Source of the DNA: Chloroflexota bacterium
Lineage (GTDB): Bacteria > Chloroflexota > UBA6077 > CF-72
Length of the DNA stretch: 64,000 nt
Assembly: GCA_051006215.1 (NCBI GenBank)
Contig: JBPCIO010000141.1
Coordinates: 50,455 to 114,454, forward strand
Direction of reading: 5' to 3'
Under the pieces are notes generated by a model. The model made no database searches, was not told the origin of the DNA, and saw nothing but the letters and a program-made list of their open reading frames with translations. Positions 8,775 through 18,314 of this stretch are shown piece after piece (the stretch's first letter is position 1; every line of letters begins with the position of its first letter). A program made the translations under genes and the position numbers.

Positions 8775-10286
8775 TCAGTATGCGCCGCGGCTGGTCAGCA
8801 CCGCGGGGATCGTCCGCAGCAAGATCTCGAGATCAAGTGCCAGCGACCAGTTCCGGATGTAATGCAGGTCGAGTCGGACCATGTCATGGAACGGCACCTC
8901 GCTGCGGCCGCTGACCTGCCAGAGACCCGTCAGACCAGGCACGGCACGCAACCGGCCCAGTTGCCAGTCTTCATACTGCTCAACCTCGGCTGGGAGCGGC
9001 GGGCGCGGTCCAACCAGGCTCATCTCACCTTTGAGCACGTTCAACAACTGCGGAAGTTCATCAAGGCTCCAGCGGCGAAGGAGGCTGCCTACGCGTGTCA
9101 CCCGTGGATCGCGTCGCATCTTGAACAGTGGGCCAGACGCTTCGTTGTGCTGCCGCAGCGTCTCGAGACGATGCTCGGCGTCCGCACACATCGAGCGAAA
9201 TTTCAACATCTTGAAGCGCTGCCCGTCCTTGCCTACGCGATCTTGGCGGTAGAACACCGGTCCAGGCGAGTCAAGCTTGATCGCTACGGCGATGATCGAC
9301 AGGACCGGCGCGAGGACGATGAACCCCGCACTCAGCACGACCAGGTCCATTGCGCGTTTGACCCAGCTCACTGCCGCAGCCGGCATGTAGCCGATGTACT
9401 GCCGGCCGCCAAAGGTTTGGACATGGAAGCGTTCCGGCAGTCGTCCACCTAGCTCGGGCAGGAGTTTCACCTGCACGTGACGCCGAAAGCCGCGCGCCAG
9501 AACGCCGCTGACCTGTTCGCGGCGGCCGCTGGGTAGGGCGATGATGAGCTCGTCGACAGCGTACGCCTGGACCATATCTTCAAGTTGAGCAATCGGACCG
9601 AGCAGTGGCAACTCGAGAGTCTCGAGGTCACTGCCGTTATCCACGTAGCCGACCACCTCGTAGCCAGTCTTGAGCTCGTCGGCCAGTTCTCGGCCCAGGC
9701 GATTGGCGCCGACAATCAGCACCCGATTGGCTGGGAAGAGCGCGTCGCGGAGCACTTGATATAGGCGATGCGCAAGCGCTCGCCAGATGACCAATGCGGT
9801 CACCGAAATCGCCCACCCACTGACTAACCAGAGGCGCGAGAATGCCTGGTCGCCCAGGAAGTACGAGGCGCTGAAGCCCAGCACCAGCCCCGTAGAACTT
9901 GACGAGGCAATGCCCCGCAGGCGAAACGGCCAGGGCTGAGGTCGTTCGAGGTCGTACAGGCCGTGCGTAGCAAGGAGGGCACTCGTGAACAGCCCTACGA
10001 GCGCGGCCAGACGGATGTAGCGGTCCAATCCGAGCGTGGGCAAGCTGTCGTCGGCGGCGAACCGTCCGACATAAGCCAGCATGAAGGCACTCGCTACGAA
10101 GACCACGTCGGCGACGGCCACACAGGCACTGCCCAACCCGGGGAGCACCCGCCGGCGACGCCTGTTGATGGTTGCGCTGGAGCGTTGCTGAGGTGCCTCG
10201 TCGGCCCACACGCTCGGGTCGTCGGCACGTAGTTGGGCGGTGCTCATACTGGCGAGCTGTTGCGCGCCACACGGGTTGCTATCCAT
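8775..10286 (-). CDS. Polyprenyl glycosylphosphotransferase (WbaP/EpsB-like initiating sugar-phosphate transferase)
   Basis: N-terminal TM helices, a CoA-binding-like central domain, and a C-terminal bacterial sugar transferase domain (KFRSMCADAE...LDELPQLLNVLKGEMSLVGPRP). The start is uncertain: the ORF-track TTG is at 10403, and in-frame ATGs lie at 10286 and 10247. Confidence 0.8.
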   Translation of the reverse strand: MDSNPCGAQQLASMSTAQLRADDPSVWADEAPQQRSSATINRRRRRVLPGLGSACVAVADVVFVASAFMLAYVGRFAADDSLPTLGLDRYIRLAALVGLFTSALLATHGLYDLERPQPWPFRLRGIASSSSTGLVLGFSASYFLGDQAFSRLWLVSGWAISVTALVIWRALAHRLYQVLRDALFPANRVLIVGANRLGRELADELKTGYEVVGYVDNGSDLETLELPLLGPIAQLEDMVQAYAVDELIIALPSGRREQVSGVLARGFRRHVQVKLLPELGGRLPERFHVQTFGGRQYIGYMPAAAVSWVKRAMDLVVLSAGFIVLAPVLSIIAVAIKLDSPGPVFYRQDRVGKDGQRFKMLKFRSMCADAEHRLETLRQHNEASGPLFKMRRDPRVTRVGSLLRRWSLDELPQLLNVLKGEMSLVGPRPPLPAEVEQYEDWQLGRLRAVPGLTGLWQVSGRSEVPFHDMVRLDLHYIRNWSLALDLEILLRTIPAVLTSRGAY

Positions 10287-10446
10287 GCAAGCGGCGGCAG
10301 TCCGCTCAATAACCAGAGTGATCCCCAGACCACGCCCGTGGCCACCATGAGCAGGCCTGTGGTTAGCCCACCCGAGCAGTTTTCCTTGTCCTGCTCGTTC
10401 CAACCAAGGTCCCCAGACAGGCCGGCCGTTTGCAATCTCGCGTCCA

Positions 10447-11340
10447 TCATGAAGTCAAAGCGACCGCATCAGGCGGTTCACCTGAATCACTTGGGCCGGC
10501 CCATACGAGGCGGCCGAGCATCGGCAGGTCATTCACCAGGTATCGGCGCCAGAGGCGTTGCGGCTCACGGCTCAAGCGGAAGGCCCATTCCAGGCCAGCC
10601 CGCTGCATCCACAGGGGTGCACGGCTCACGGCGCCTGCCAGCAGGTCGAGTACGCAACCAACGCCCATGGCGATGGGCATCTGCAATTGCGCCTGGTGCT
10701 CGCGGATCCATACATCTTGGCGCGGCGCGCCAAGCGCGACGAACAGGAAATCGGCTCCCGAAAGACGAACCATGTCCACGATGCGCTGGTTCTCCTCGCG
10801 CTGCAGGGGCCCGATGGGTGGTGAATACGCCCCGGCGACGCGCAAACCCGGCTGCAGACTCTGCAATCGGCGACCCGCAGCCTCGGCTACGCCCGGCCCA
10901 GCGCCCAACAGGAACACGCTTCGATCTAGCTCGGCAGCCAGTCGGCAACTGGCGATGACCAGCTCAACACCCGCCACACGCTCGGGTAGGGGTTGACCTC
11001 GCAGACGCGACAGCCAAACCAGCGGCATGCCGTCGGCGACCGCCAGGTCCGCGGCATTCAGGGTCGCCCGGAACTCGTGATTGCGCTCAGCTATGCTCAA
11101 GAAATCGAGGTTTACGGTCACAACCTGATGTGCCTGGCCCGAGCGCGCAAACTCACCGATGCGCTCGACCGAGCCGGCCAGGTCAACCTGATCGATCAGG
11201 ACGCCGCCGAGCTCCACGCGGTTGCGCGAACTCTCGCCGCCTTCCGCATACCCCGCCACTTTGGGAGGTACCTCCGGCGACGGGCTCAGGAGTGCGTGCT
11301 GCGACAGCGTAGCTGTCGACACCACTGCCTCAGTCGCCAT
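10447..11340 (-). CDS. WecB/TagA/CpsF family glycosyltransferase (GT26)
   Basis: Characteristic GT26 core (VTVNLDFL...ADGMPLVW...FLLGAGPGVAE...ADFLFVALGAPRQDVW). ATG 11340 is preceded by a GGAGGA SD; the ORF-track start 11373 is less likely. Confidence 0.8.
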   Translation of the reverse strand: MATEAVVSTATLSQHALLSPSPEVPPKVAGYAEGGESSRNRVELGGVLIDQVDLAGSVERIGEFARSGQAHQVVTVNLDFLSIAERNHEFRATLNAADLAVADGMPLVWLSRLRGQPLPERVAGVELVIASCRLAAELDRSVFLLGAGPGVAEAAGRRLQSLQPGLRVAGAYSPPIGPLQREENQRIVDMVRLSGADFLFVALGAPRQDVWIREHQAQLQMPIAMGVGCVLDLLAGAVSRAPLWMQRAGLEWAFRLSREPQRLWRRYLVNDLPMLGRLVWAGPSDSGEPPDAVALTS

Positions 11341-11518
11341 GCTCAATTCCTCCTCTGGCGGTGGACCAACCACGCGCTCGTACTTGAAGCCTCATTGTTT
11401 GGTCGGGCGGTGGGGCATCCGTACAGCCGAAGTTACGATTTGGTTGCGCCACTCTTGCCGTTGTCCCGAGTGCTGCAATGGCTTCTCAACCCGCGCCCAA
11501 GGCGCCGGCGTACACGTG

Positions 11519-12832
11519 CTACTCAGGACTGGCGCCAGCTGCCGTCCGCGCGGTGCGGACCCAGGCCGTGGTGCGCGTGCTGAAAATCGAGACGGCGTAT
11601 AGCCCGACTTTCCAGACCACGTAGGCTGGCGCGATGCCCAGGGTCAGATAGATGCGAAACGGCGCGCGCACAAGCGCCAGGGCGGCCACGACATACAGCA
11701 CGTAGCCGACCAGGCACGCCGTCGCCACGCCGGCCAGGGCTGGGCTACCCAAGAGCCAGCTGCCGATCGCCGCTAGCGCGCTCATCGCAAATGGCACGGA
11801 CAAGGGCGGAATCAGCTGTTCGAGCGCTGCATCGACCTGCATCCAGGAACGTCGCCGCACACCCAGCCACAACAACCTCAGCACATGCTGACGAACCAAC
11901 TGCAACCGGCCACGCTCCCAGCGCGCGTTCTGGCTCGCCGACTGGCGCAGCGTCACCGGCATATCCGCCTTGACCCACGTCTCGGGCGCGAACTCGACAG
12001 GAATGCCGTGTTCGACCAGCGCCAGGTGAAACTCGACGTCCTCCGCGAGGCTGAACCATCGCCATGCGAAGCGCTCGACGATGGCAGCCGTAAAGCACAT
12101 GCCGTTACCCTTGAGGCCAGCTGACAGGCCGAACGTCGAGCGCCCGAGCGGACGCAAGTAGTGCACGGCTGAAAGGGCTGCGTAACGCAACCCGGCCACA
12201 GACGAGTGGTGCAGGTTGAGTACCGAGTAGTACGCCTGGACAGCCTGTGCACCCGCCTCCAAGCGGGCGTTCATGCACCGCAGGAAGTTCTCGGCCACGA
12301 CGGTATCGGCGTCGACCACGACGTAGGCGTCATATGCCTGGCCCTCGTCTTGGAGCTGCTGAATCAACCAGCGCAGGGCAAAACCTTTGGCGCGTTCCGC
12401 CGTGTCCCAGCGCTCGTACACCCGAGCACCGAGTGTGCGCGCGATCGACGCTGTCGCGTCGTTACAGTTGTCGGCAACAACGCACACGTCGACCGACTCG
12501 GGCGGATAGTCCAGCTGACCAATGCTCGTTAGCACGCGCGCGATTACGCCCTGTTCGTTGTGCGCCGGCACCAGCACAGCGAATCTCCTGATTTCGGCAT
12601 TGGCCGCGCCGCGCAGCTGGCGAGGTCGCGCAACCAGTGCCGCCGACGTGAGGAACAGCAGATACCCAAGTAACAAGACCTGTGAGGTAATCAGTGCCGA
12701 CAGCAGGGCAGTACTCACGAGTGAGACATACAGCACGATGGTTGGTACGGCTTTCTGCGGGCTACGCCGACGGCGCCGGGGCCCACATTGGCGCGAGAGC
12801 TTCTCGTCCGGCCGTGGCGTCAACCAGCTCAC
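11519..12832 (-). CDS. Membrane-embedded GT2 glycosyltransferase (processive synthase-like, PgaC/IcaA/cellulose-synthase-like architecture)
   Basis: N-terminal TM helices. GT2 catalytic core (VLVPAHNEQ ... VVDADTVV ... QxxRW-like QNARWERGR). C-terminal TM helices. The start is uncertain; the ORF-track start overlaps the upstream gene by about 70 nt. Confidence 0.7.
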   Translation of the reverse strand: MSWLTPRPDEKLSRQCGPRRRRRSPQKAVPTIVLYVSLVSTALLSALITSQVLLLGYLLFLTSAALVARPRQLRGAANAEIRRFAVLVPAHNEQGVIARVLTSIGQLDYPPESVDVCVVADNCNDATASIARTLGARVYERWDTAERAKGFALRWLIQQLQDEGQAYDAYVVVDADTVVAENFLRCMNARLEAGAQAVQAYYSVLNLHHSSVAGLRYAALSAVHYLRPLGRSTFGLSAGLKGNGMCFTAAIVERFAWRWFSLAEDVEFHLALVEHGIPVEFAPETWVKADMPVTLRQSASQNARWERGRLQLVRQHVLRLLWLGVRRRSWMQVDAALEQLIPPLSVPFAMSALAAIGSWLLGSPALAGVATACLVGYVLYVVAALALVRAPFRIYLTLGIAPAYVVWKVGLYAVSIFSTRTTAWVRTARTAAGASPE

Positions 12833-13925
12833 GCAGCCGGGCTGCGAAGTGATCCACGGTCAACAAGCGCTCGACCGTCCGGCGGCCCGCGGCGCCGAGC
12901 CGGTGGCGTTCCTCAGGCTGGTCCAGCAGGTGTGTGATCGCCCGCCGCAGAGCCGCCGGATCCTCGGGCGGCACGTAGTAGCCAGTCGGCTCGAGCGCGA
13001 CGCCGGCCAGCTCAGCGAAAGTTCGCACCAGGCTGGGTGGACGCACGCGTGGCTGGGCGCCCCGGGTGGCGGCGCGGCGATCCTCAATCACATCCGTCTG
13101 CCCCAGGCTGTGCGTCACGATGACCGGTTTGGCCATCGCCATCGCTTCGAGGATCGTGGTCACCCCAGCTTGAAAGTCGATGTCGTCTAGCGGCACGACG
13201 ACGATGCTCGATCGGGCATACAGGGACCGCAGCGCAGGATAGTCAAACTTGGAGACGTGCACGTTCACAGGCAGGGCGGGGCCCGCGGCGGTGTTGCGAC
13301 GTTTCGACCAGTGGCTGGCGGCGCCTATCACTACTTCCACGTCCAGGCCGTCCACAGCGCTTACAAGCGTGGGATAATCCCGGAACTCCAGGCCGGCGCT
13401 GCAAATCAAGCGTTCCTCGACCCCGGCCTGCGGGCACCAAAAGTTCGCGTCGACCTGGTACGGAATCAGCGCGAGCTGCTGGGCGGGAATTCCAAGGTCC
13501 CGAATGGCGAGGTCGTATTGCACGCGAGAATGCAGCGCGATGCAGTGGATGTGCGAGTGGGCCTTGAGCCACTTGAAAAACGGACGCTTCTTGGCCGCCG
13601 TCAGACGGTGCCCGATCGTCAAATGAGCCACTTTCGAGCGCGTCGCTTTCAGCAGGAGAGCCAGCGGAATCCCGATGTGCTCACCGTCGGTGACGATCAC
13701 GTCAAAGTGGGCCCGCTCACGGAAAGCGAGCCAGGCCTGCAAGACCGGCACGCCAATCCACCGAGCTAGGCGCCCCAGCAGGCCCGGTCCCTGGACATTC
13801 GAGCGATCGATGGTCGCCGCACTCAGCTCCTTGGCCAGCACGTCGTAGTCTTTGCGGGGCCCGGAGCCAAGGGGAGCGCCGACGTGGTCAGCACTGATCA
13901 CAAGAAGAACTCGCGGATTTGGCAC
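12762..13925 (-). CDS. Glycosyltransferase family 4
   Basis: The GT4 C-terminal domain is evident. The start is GTG 13925, directly after the upstream epimerase stop at 13928. The first ~160 aa of the ORF-track entry are an artefact overlapping the epimerase gene. Confidence 0.75.
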   Translation of the reverse strand: MPNPRVLLVISADHVGAPLGSGPRKDYDVLAKELSAATIDRSNVQGPGLLGRLARWIGVPVLQAWLAFRERAHFDVIVTDGEHIGIPLALLLKATRSKVAHLTIGHRLTAAKKRPFFKWLKAHSHIHCIALHSRVQYDLAIRDLGIPAQQLALIPYQVDANFWCPQAGVEERLICSAGLEFRDYPTLVSAVDGLDVEVVIGAASHWSKRRNTAAGPALPVNVHVSKFDYPALRSLYARSSIVVVPLDDIDFQAGVTTILEAMAMAKPVIVTHSLGQTDVIEDRRAATRGAQPRVRPPSLVRTFAELAGVALEPTGYYVPPEDPAALRRAITHLLDQPEERHRLGAAGRRTVERLLTVDHFAARLRELVDATAGREALAPMWAPAPSA

Positions 13926-13927
13926 CC

Positions 13928-14878
13928 CTAGCCCATGACCGCGACAGGCACCGCAGCGGGCACCCCGACTAGCTCGGCTAGCTTGCCAAGCGGATCCAGC
14001 AGTGGTTCGACCAGCAGGATCCGTCGCATGCGCTCGACATCGGCGATGAAGCGGGTCACTTCCATGTGACGCGCCTGCTCCAGGTGAATCTTCGGTTGGC
14101 ATTCCGCCAGGCGGCCGATCCGTCGAGCAAGATCGATGATGCGCGTGCCTGTACCGCTGCCAATGTTGATCGGTGGAATTGGCCCCTCGAATGTGCCGGC
14201 ACGTACCAGCGCCTCGACTACCTGGCCCACCCACACAAAGTCGAGCACCTGCTTCCCTCCGAAAACGGACATCTGTTGCCCGGCCTGCGCTTGAGCTAGC
14301 CAGGTCGGGATGACCCGGCCAACGTCTCGCAATCCGTAGACGCTGGCCAGCCGCAGAATCACGGTCTGCAGCCCGAACTCGCGACGGAAGGCTCGGCAAT
14401 ACACCTCCCCAGCTACTTTGCTTGCGCCGTAAGAATTTATGGCCAGCAAGGGCGAGTCCTCTTCGACAGGCAACTCGACCGCCTCGCCATACACATCCCG
14501 AGACGAAGTGAAGACGACACGTGGCACACCGCTCTCGACGGCCGCCCGCAGGACGTTGAAGGTGCCACGGACGTTCGTCTGGAAGGTGTATTCGGCGTCG
14601 CGCACTGCACCCATCAGGGTTGATTGCGCCGCCAGGTGGTAGACAAGGCTGGCTCCGCGCACCGCCTGGGAGACGGCGGACTGGTCCTGCACGTCGCCCT
14701 CGATGAGCTCAAAGGCCGGCTCACTGGCCAGATGGGCCACGTTGTCCAGGCGTCCGCGCGAGAGGTTGTCGAACCCGACCACATTGCCTGCACCATCGGC
14801 TAATAGGCGATCGACGAGGTGGCTCCCGATGAACCCGGCCCCGCCGGTTACTACGATCCTGGGGACGAGTCGCGACAT
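13928..14878 (-). CDS. NAD-dependent epimerase/dehydratase (extended SDR, UDP-sugar 4-epimerase-like)
   Basis: N-terminal Rossmann motif VTGGAGFIGSHLVDRLL and a YxxxK motif (YGASK). Confidence 0.85.
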   Translation of the reverse strand: MSRLVPRIVVTGGAGFIGSHLVDRLLADGAGNVVGFDNLSRGRLDNVAHLASEPAFELIEGDVQDQSAVSQAVRGASLVYHLAAQSTLMGAVRDAEYTFQTNVRGTFNVLRAAVESGVPRVVFTSSRDVYGEAVELPVEEDSPLLAINSYGASKVAGEVYCRAFRREFGLQTVILRLASVYGLRDVGRVIPTWLAQAQAGQQMSVFGGKQVLDFVWVGQVVEALVRAGTFEGPIPPINIGSGTGTRIIDLARRIGRLAECQPKIHLEQARHMEVTRFIADVERMRRILLVEPLLDPLGKLAELVGVPAAVPVAVMG

Positions 14879-14924
14879 TGAGCCCAGTATCAGCCGCGTC
14901 TCTCCTGCGTGTTGTTAGCCCCCG

Positions 14925-14941
14925 GTTGAATTGGCGTTGAG
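14925..14941 (-). promoter_or_regulatory. CTCAAC-N5-(T)TCAAC direct repeat (candidate operator) oriented toward the minus-strand epimerase operon
   Basis: Plus-strand GTTGAA-N5-GTTGAG, which reads on the minus strand as CTCAACgccaaTTCAAC. Half-site spacing is 11 bp. It lies about 50 nt upstream of the epimerase start. Confidence 0.4.
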
Positions 14942-14979
14942 GACACCGAAAGGGTCCTCACCTGAACGCAGTCGGATCG

Positions 14980-14997
14980 CTCAACCTTAAATCAACC
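14980..14997 (+). promoter_or_regulatory. CTCAAC-N5-TCAACC direct repeat (candidate operator) upstream of the methyltransferase gene
   Basis: gCTCAACcttaaaTCAACCg with 11-bp spacing, about 100 nt upstream of GTG 15094. It is the second copy in the same divergent intergenic region. Confidence 0.4.
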
Positions 14998-15093
14998 GAC
15001 GGGCAACTGCCCACTTGCCGAGCGGCCGCATAGTAAGGGCGGCTGGTGGAGCTGTGGTCCACCGTAGCGTGTATATAGGAAAGAGGAATCGCA

Positions 15094-15927
15094 GTGAGCG
15101 AAAATCGGCGCGACGTATGGAAGTCTGGACCCGCGCCGCAGATGCTTACGCGTCCGTATTACGAGCGTTTGCACTCCCTGGAACAACGGCACGGATGGCA
15201 TCGCGGGATGCGGGCGTACTCCAATGCGTTGCTCGCACCCCTGCTTAGGGGTGGGGCGGTTCGACACGTGTTGGACGTTGGCTGCGGCACGGGCGGCATG
15301 CTGGCGTGGCTGCGCAGCTTCCCCGGCGTGCGGAGTGTCGGACTCGAATACACGCGCGACGCACTCGCCTTCTGCCGCGCAGGTGGCCACCATGAGTTGA
15401 CTGAGGCATCTGCGCTCACACTTCCGTTTCGGAGCGGCGTTTTCGACCTGCTGGTGTGTACGGATGTCCTGCAGCACTTGCCCTACCCGCCGGGCCCCGA
15501 GGCCGCGTTGGCTGAAGCCCTGCGTGTTCTGCGACCGGGCGGGCACCTATTCCTGCGCACCAACAGCGCGTGGGGTGAGACGTCGAGTCAGGCAGCGACA
15601 TACCGCCGTTACCTGCGCAGCGACCTGGTGGCGGAAGTGCGTGCTGCAGGCTTCATCGTTCAACGCGCGAGCTATGCCAACCTTGTGCCCGCGCTGCCGA
15701 CCCTGGCCCGCCGCCGTTTCTTACCACGCGCGGCCGGGCACGTTCATGTCGAGCATGACCCTGGGCTGCAGCTCCAGACACGGTCCCCCAAACTCAAGTG
15801 GATCGACGACGCGCTCGCTGGCGTACTGCGCGGGGAGGCGGGAGTTCTTTCAAACGTTGGCGTCGACCTCCCGCTGGGCGATTCGCTGCTCCTTCTGGCG
15901 GGCAAACCCGCTGGTGCAGGGACGTAA
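15094..15927 (+). CDS. Class I SAM-dependent methyltransferase
   Basis: SAM-binding motif I (VLDVGCGTGGM) and a later motif (LRPGGHLFL). GTG start with an AGAGGA SD. Confidence 0.75.
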   Translation: MSENRRDVWKSGPAPQMLTRPYYERLHSLEQRHGWHRGMRAYSNALLAPLLRGGAVRHVLDVGCGTGGMLAWLRSFPGVRSVGLEYTRDALAFCRAGGHHELTEASALTLPFRSGVFDLLVCTDVLQHLPYPPGPEAALAEALRVLRPGGHLFLRTNSAWGETSSQAATYRRYLRSDLVAEVRAAGFIVQRASYANLVPALPTLARRRFLPRAAGHVHVEHDPGLQLQTRSPKLKWIDDALAGVLRGEAGVLSNVGVDLPLGDSLLLLAGKPAGAGT

Positions 15928-15931
15928 GCCA

Positions 15932-17047
15932 GTGGACCTCGCGGTGAACGGCCTGCGCCTCACAGGTAAGCGCTTTGGGGTGGGACGCTATGTGGAGTAC
16001 CTGCTCCGTCACTGGGGTACTGCCGAAAGGCTCCCGTTTGATCGGATCAAGGTTTATACGCCACACAAGATCGAGCCGACTGCGGAAATTCCTGAAGGCT
16101 TCGAGCCGCACGTCATCCCCGCCCCGGGACCCAATGGGTTGTGGGAGCAGGTGTTCCTTCCGTGGCACCACCACCCCGGCGATCTCCTGTTCTGCCCCAG
16201 CTATACCGTCCCGCTGGCTGCCAGAGGCAAAATCGTCGTCACCCACCTAGGCTCATATGAGGCCGTACCCCACGAATTTGCCTGGCGTGACCGACTCAAA
16301 ACGCGGATTCTGTACCAGCTCAGTGCACGGAAAGCGCACCGGGTGATCACCGTGTCCGACTCATCGAAACACGACATCCAGCGATATTACGGAATCCCCG
16401 AGGCAAAGGTCAGGGTCATCCCGCTCGGTGTGGACCCTGCCTTTCGGCCGCTCAATCGTGACGATTTGAACGATGCGGTCCGCCTGCGCTTCTTTGGCAC
16501 TCCGCAACCGTACATCCTGTTTGTGGGGAAGCTCTCCAGACGGCGGAATATCCCCGATCTGATCCGGGCCTTTGGCATGCTGCGCAGCGAAAACGGCACC
16601 ACCCACGGGCTGCTGCTGGTCGGCGAGAACACGGTTGGGTATGACCTGAATGCGCTCGCCCGAGCCAGCGGCGTCGAGGGCCTCGTGCAACACGTGCCAT
16701 TCGCTACTCACACCGAGCTCGTTGGGATCTACAACGCGGCCGAGCTGTTCGTATACCCGTCTTCGTATGAGGGATTTGGAATCCCGGTGCTCGAAGCGAT
16801 GGCATGCGGCGTCCCAACCATCACTCTGAATAACACCGCCTTCCGCGAGTTCGCCAAGGACGCGGCGATACTCGCGGACAACGGTTCCGCAGAGGCGATG
16901 TACCCAGCCATGGCGAAAGTTCTGCAGTCGCAAGAAATTCGGCATGAGATGTCCGCGCGCGGATTGCGACGGGCGGAGCGCTTCGGCTGGGCTGGCATCG
17001 CCCAACGCACAATGGATGTGCTCGCCGAAGTGGCTGGGGTCAGCTAG
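15932..17047 (+). CDS. Glycosyltransferase family 4
   Basis: GT4 C-terminal motifs (FVYPSSYEGFGIPVLEAMACGVPTI). The start is GTG 15932, just after the upstream stop at 15925-15927; the ORF-track start 15464 is an over-extension inside the methyltransferase gene. Confidence 0.8.
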   Translation: MDLAVNGLRLTGKRFGVGRYVEYLLRHWGTAERLPFDRIKVYTPHKIEPTAEIPEGFEPHVIPAPGPNGLWEQVFLPWHHHPGDLLFCPSYTVPLAARGKIVVTHLGSYEAVPHEFAWRDRLKTRILYQLSARKAHRVITVSDSSKHDIQRYYGIPEAKVRVIPLGVDPAFRPLNRDDLNDAVRLRFFGTPQPYILFVGKLSRRRNIPDLIRAFGMLRSENGTTHGLLLVGENTVGYDLNALARASGVEGLVQHVPFATHTELVGIYNAAELFVYPSSYEGFGIPVLEAMACGVPTITLNNTAFREFAKDAAILADNGSAEAMYPAMAKVLQSQEIRHEMSARGLRRAERFGWAGIAQRTMDVLAEVAGVS

Positions 17048-17048
17048 A

Positions 17049-18314
17049 GTGCGTGTACTCGTACTCGCGAGGAACTATCCGAGTCAAATGCTGCCGCAGC
17101 TCGGACTCTGGACACAGCGTTTGATCCAGTGCGTAACCCCTTTCGCGGAGCTCAAGGTGCTGGCACCCATACCTAGCGCCCCACCTCGAGTTTTGGCGCG
17201 CTTCGCGCCCTACTACGAACGCTACCGTGCAGCCGCACCGTCACGATGGGATGGCCCAGTCGAGGTGCTCCATCCGCGCTTCCTGACCGGGCCGGGCCAG
17301 AGCCTCTACGCTGTTGAGACCGCCAGCTATCTCGCTGCCGCACTGCCATACGTCATGCGGCTGCGGGCCAGGTTCCGGTTCGACCTTATCCACGCCCACT
17401 TCACCTATCCGGATGGAGTTGCAGCGGTGGCACTGGGGCGCTTGTTCCGAGTGCCCGTAGTCATCACCGAGCACGTCCTTTGGCTGCCCTGGATGAACGA
17501 TCAACCAGTCGTTCGACGCCAGGCCGCTTGGGCCGCCAGAGAATGCGCCGCGCATCTGGCAGTCAGTCACAGCGTTCGCCAGCATATCGGCCAGGTGACG
17601 GGCCGGCCGGATCGCGTGCATGTCGTGCCAAATGTTGTCGACGGCTCAGTCTTCACTCCGGCCGCGGGCCGCCACCCCGCTCCGAGGCAGATCCTTTTCG
17701 TGGGAGCAGTTCGGGTGTCGAAGGGGGTCGACGTCCTGCTGGAGACGCTGGCTCTGTTGCGGCGAAGGGGCGCCGACGTGCGTCTGACCCTGGTCGGCGA
17801 ACCCTACTACCGCGCCTACCAGCGTGAGGCGGAGCGACTGCGAGACCTCGCTGAGGCACTCGGTGTGACCGAATTCATCGACATGCTCGGCGGCCGACCA
17901 CCTGCCGAGGTGGCGCGGCTTATGGCCGAGAGTGCTGTCGTTGTGCTGCCCAGTCGTCGCGAAAGCTTCGGCGCTGTGCTGATCGAGGCGCTCGCCTGCG
18001 GCACGCCCGTGGTGGCCACCCGCTGTGGCGGCCCCGAGGAGATCGTGATGCCCGAAGTTGGCAAGCTTGTCGCACCCGAGGACCCGGCCGGCTTGGCCGA
18101 CGCACTTTTCGACGTACTCGAAGACGCACACGCCTATGATCCGCAAGCGTTACGGGAATATGCCCTCACACGCTTTGGTCCGGCGACGATCGGACAACAA
18201 ATCGCGACCCGGTATGACGTGGCGTACCGGGACGGCACATCGTTGTCGGCAACCACGGCCACCAAACGTGGGCGCAAGACCAAACGGAGTGGATACCATG
18301 AACACGCCCGATAG
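17049..18314 (+). CDS. Glycosyltransferase family 4
   Basis: N-terminal Glyco_trans_4-like domain plus a C-terminal Glycos_transf_1 domain (VVLPSRRESFGAVLIEALACGTPVVATRCGGPEE). GTG start 2 nt after the upstream stop. Confidence 0.8.
   Translation: MRVLVLARNYPSQMLPQLGLWTQRLIQCVTPFAELKVLAPIPSAPPRVLARFAPYYERYRAAAPSRWDGPVEVLHPRFLTGPGQSLYAVETASYLAAALPYVMRLRARFRFDLIHAHFTYPDGVAAVALGRLFRVPVVITEHVLWLPWMNDQPVVRRQAAWAARECAAHLAVSHSVRQHIGQVTGRPDRVHVVPNVVDGSVFTPAAGRHPAPRQILFVGAVRVSKGVDVLLETLALLRRRGADVRLTLVGEPYYRAYQREAERLRDLAEALGVTEFIDMLGGRPPAEVARLMAESAVVVLPSRRESFGAVLIEALACGTPVVATRCGGPEEIVMPEVGKLVAPEDPAGLADALFDVLEDAHAYDPQALREYALTRFGPATIGQQIATRYDVAYRDGTSLSATTATKRGRKTKRSGYHEHAR

Noticed and set aside
15464-15931. 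Upstream extensions of ORF-track entries. The extended track entries begin at 15464, 16944, 18058, 20925, 12762 (minus strand, extension above 13925), 29497, 32101, 41489, 43429, 58807, 37966 and 7218.
   Set aside because: The extended N-termini overlap the preceding gene in another frame and lack family features. Internal starts directly after the upstream stop, often with an SD, give proteins that begin at the conserved family N-terminus.
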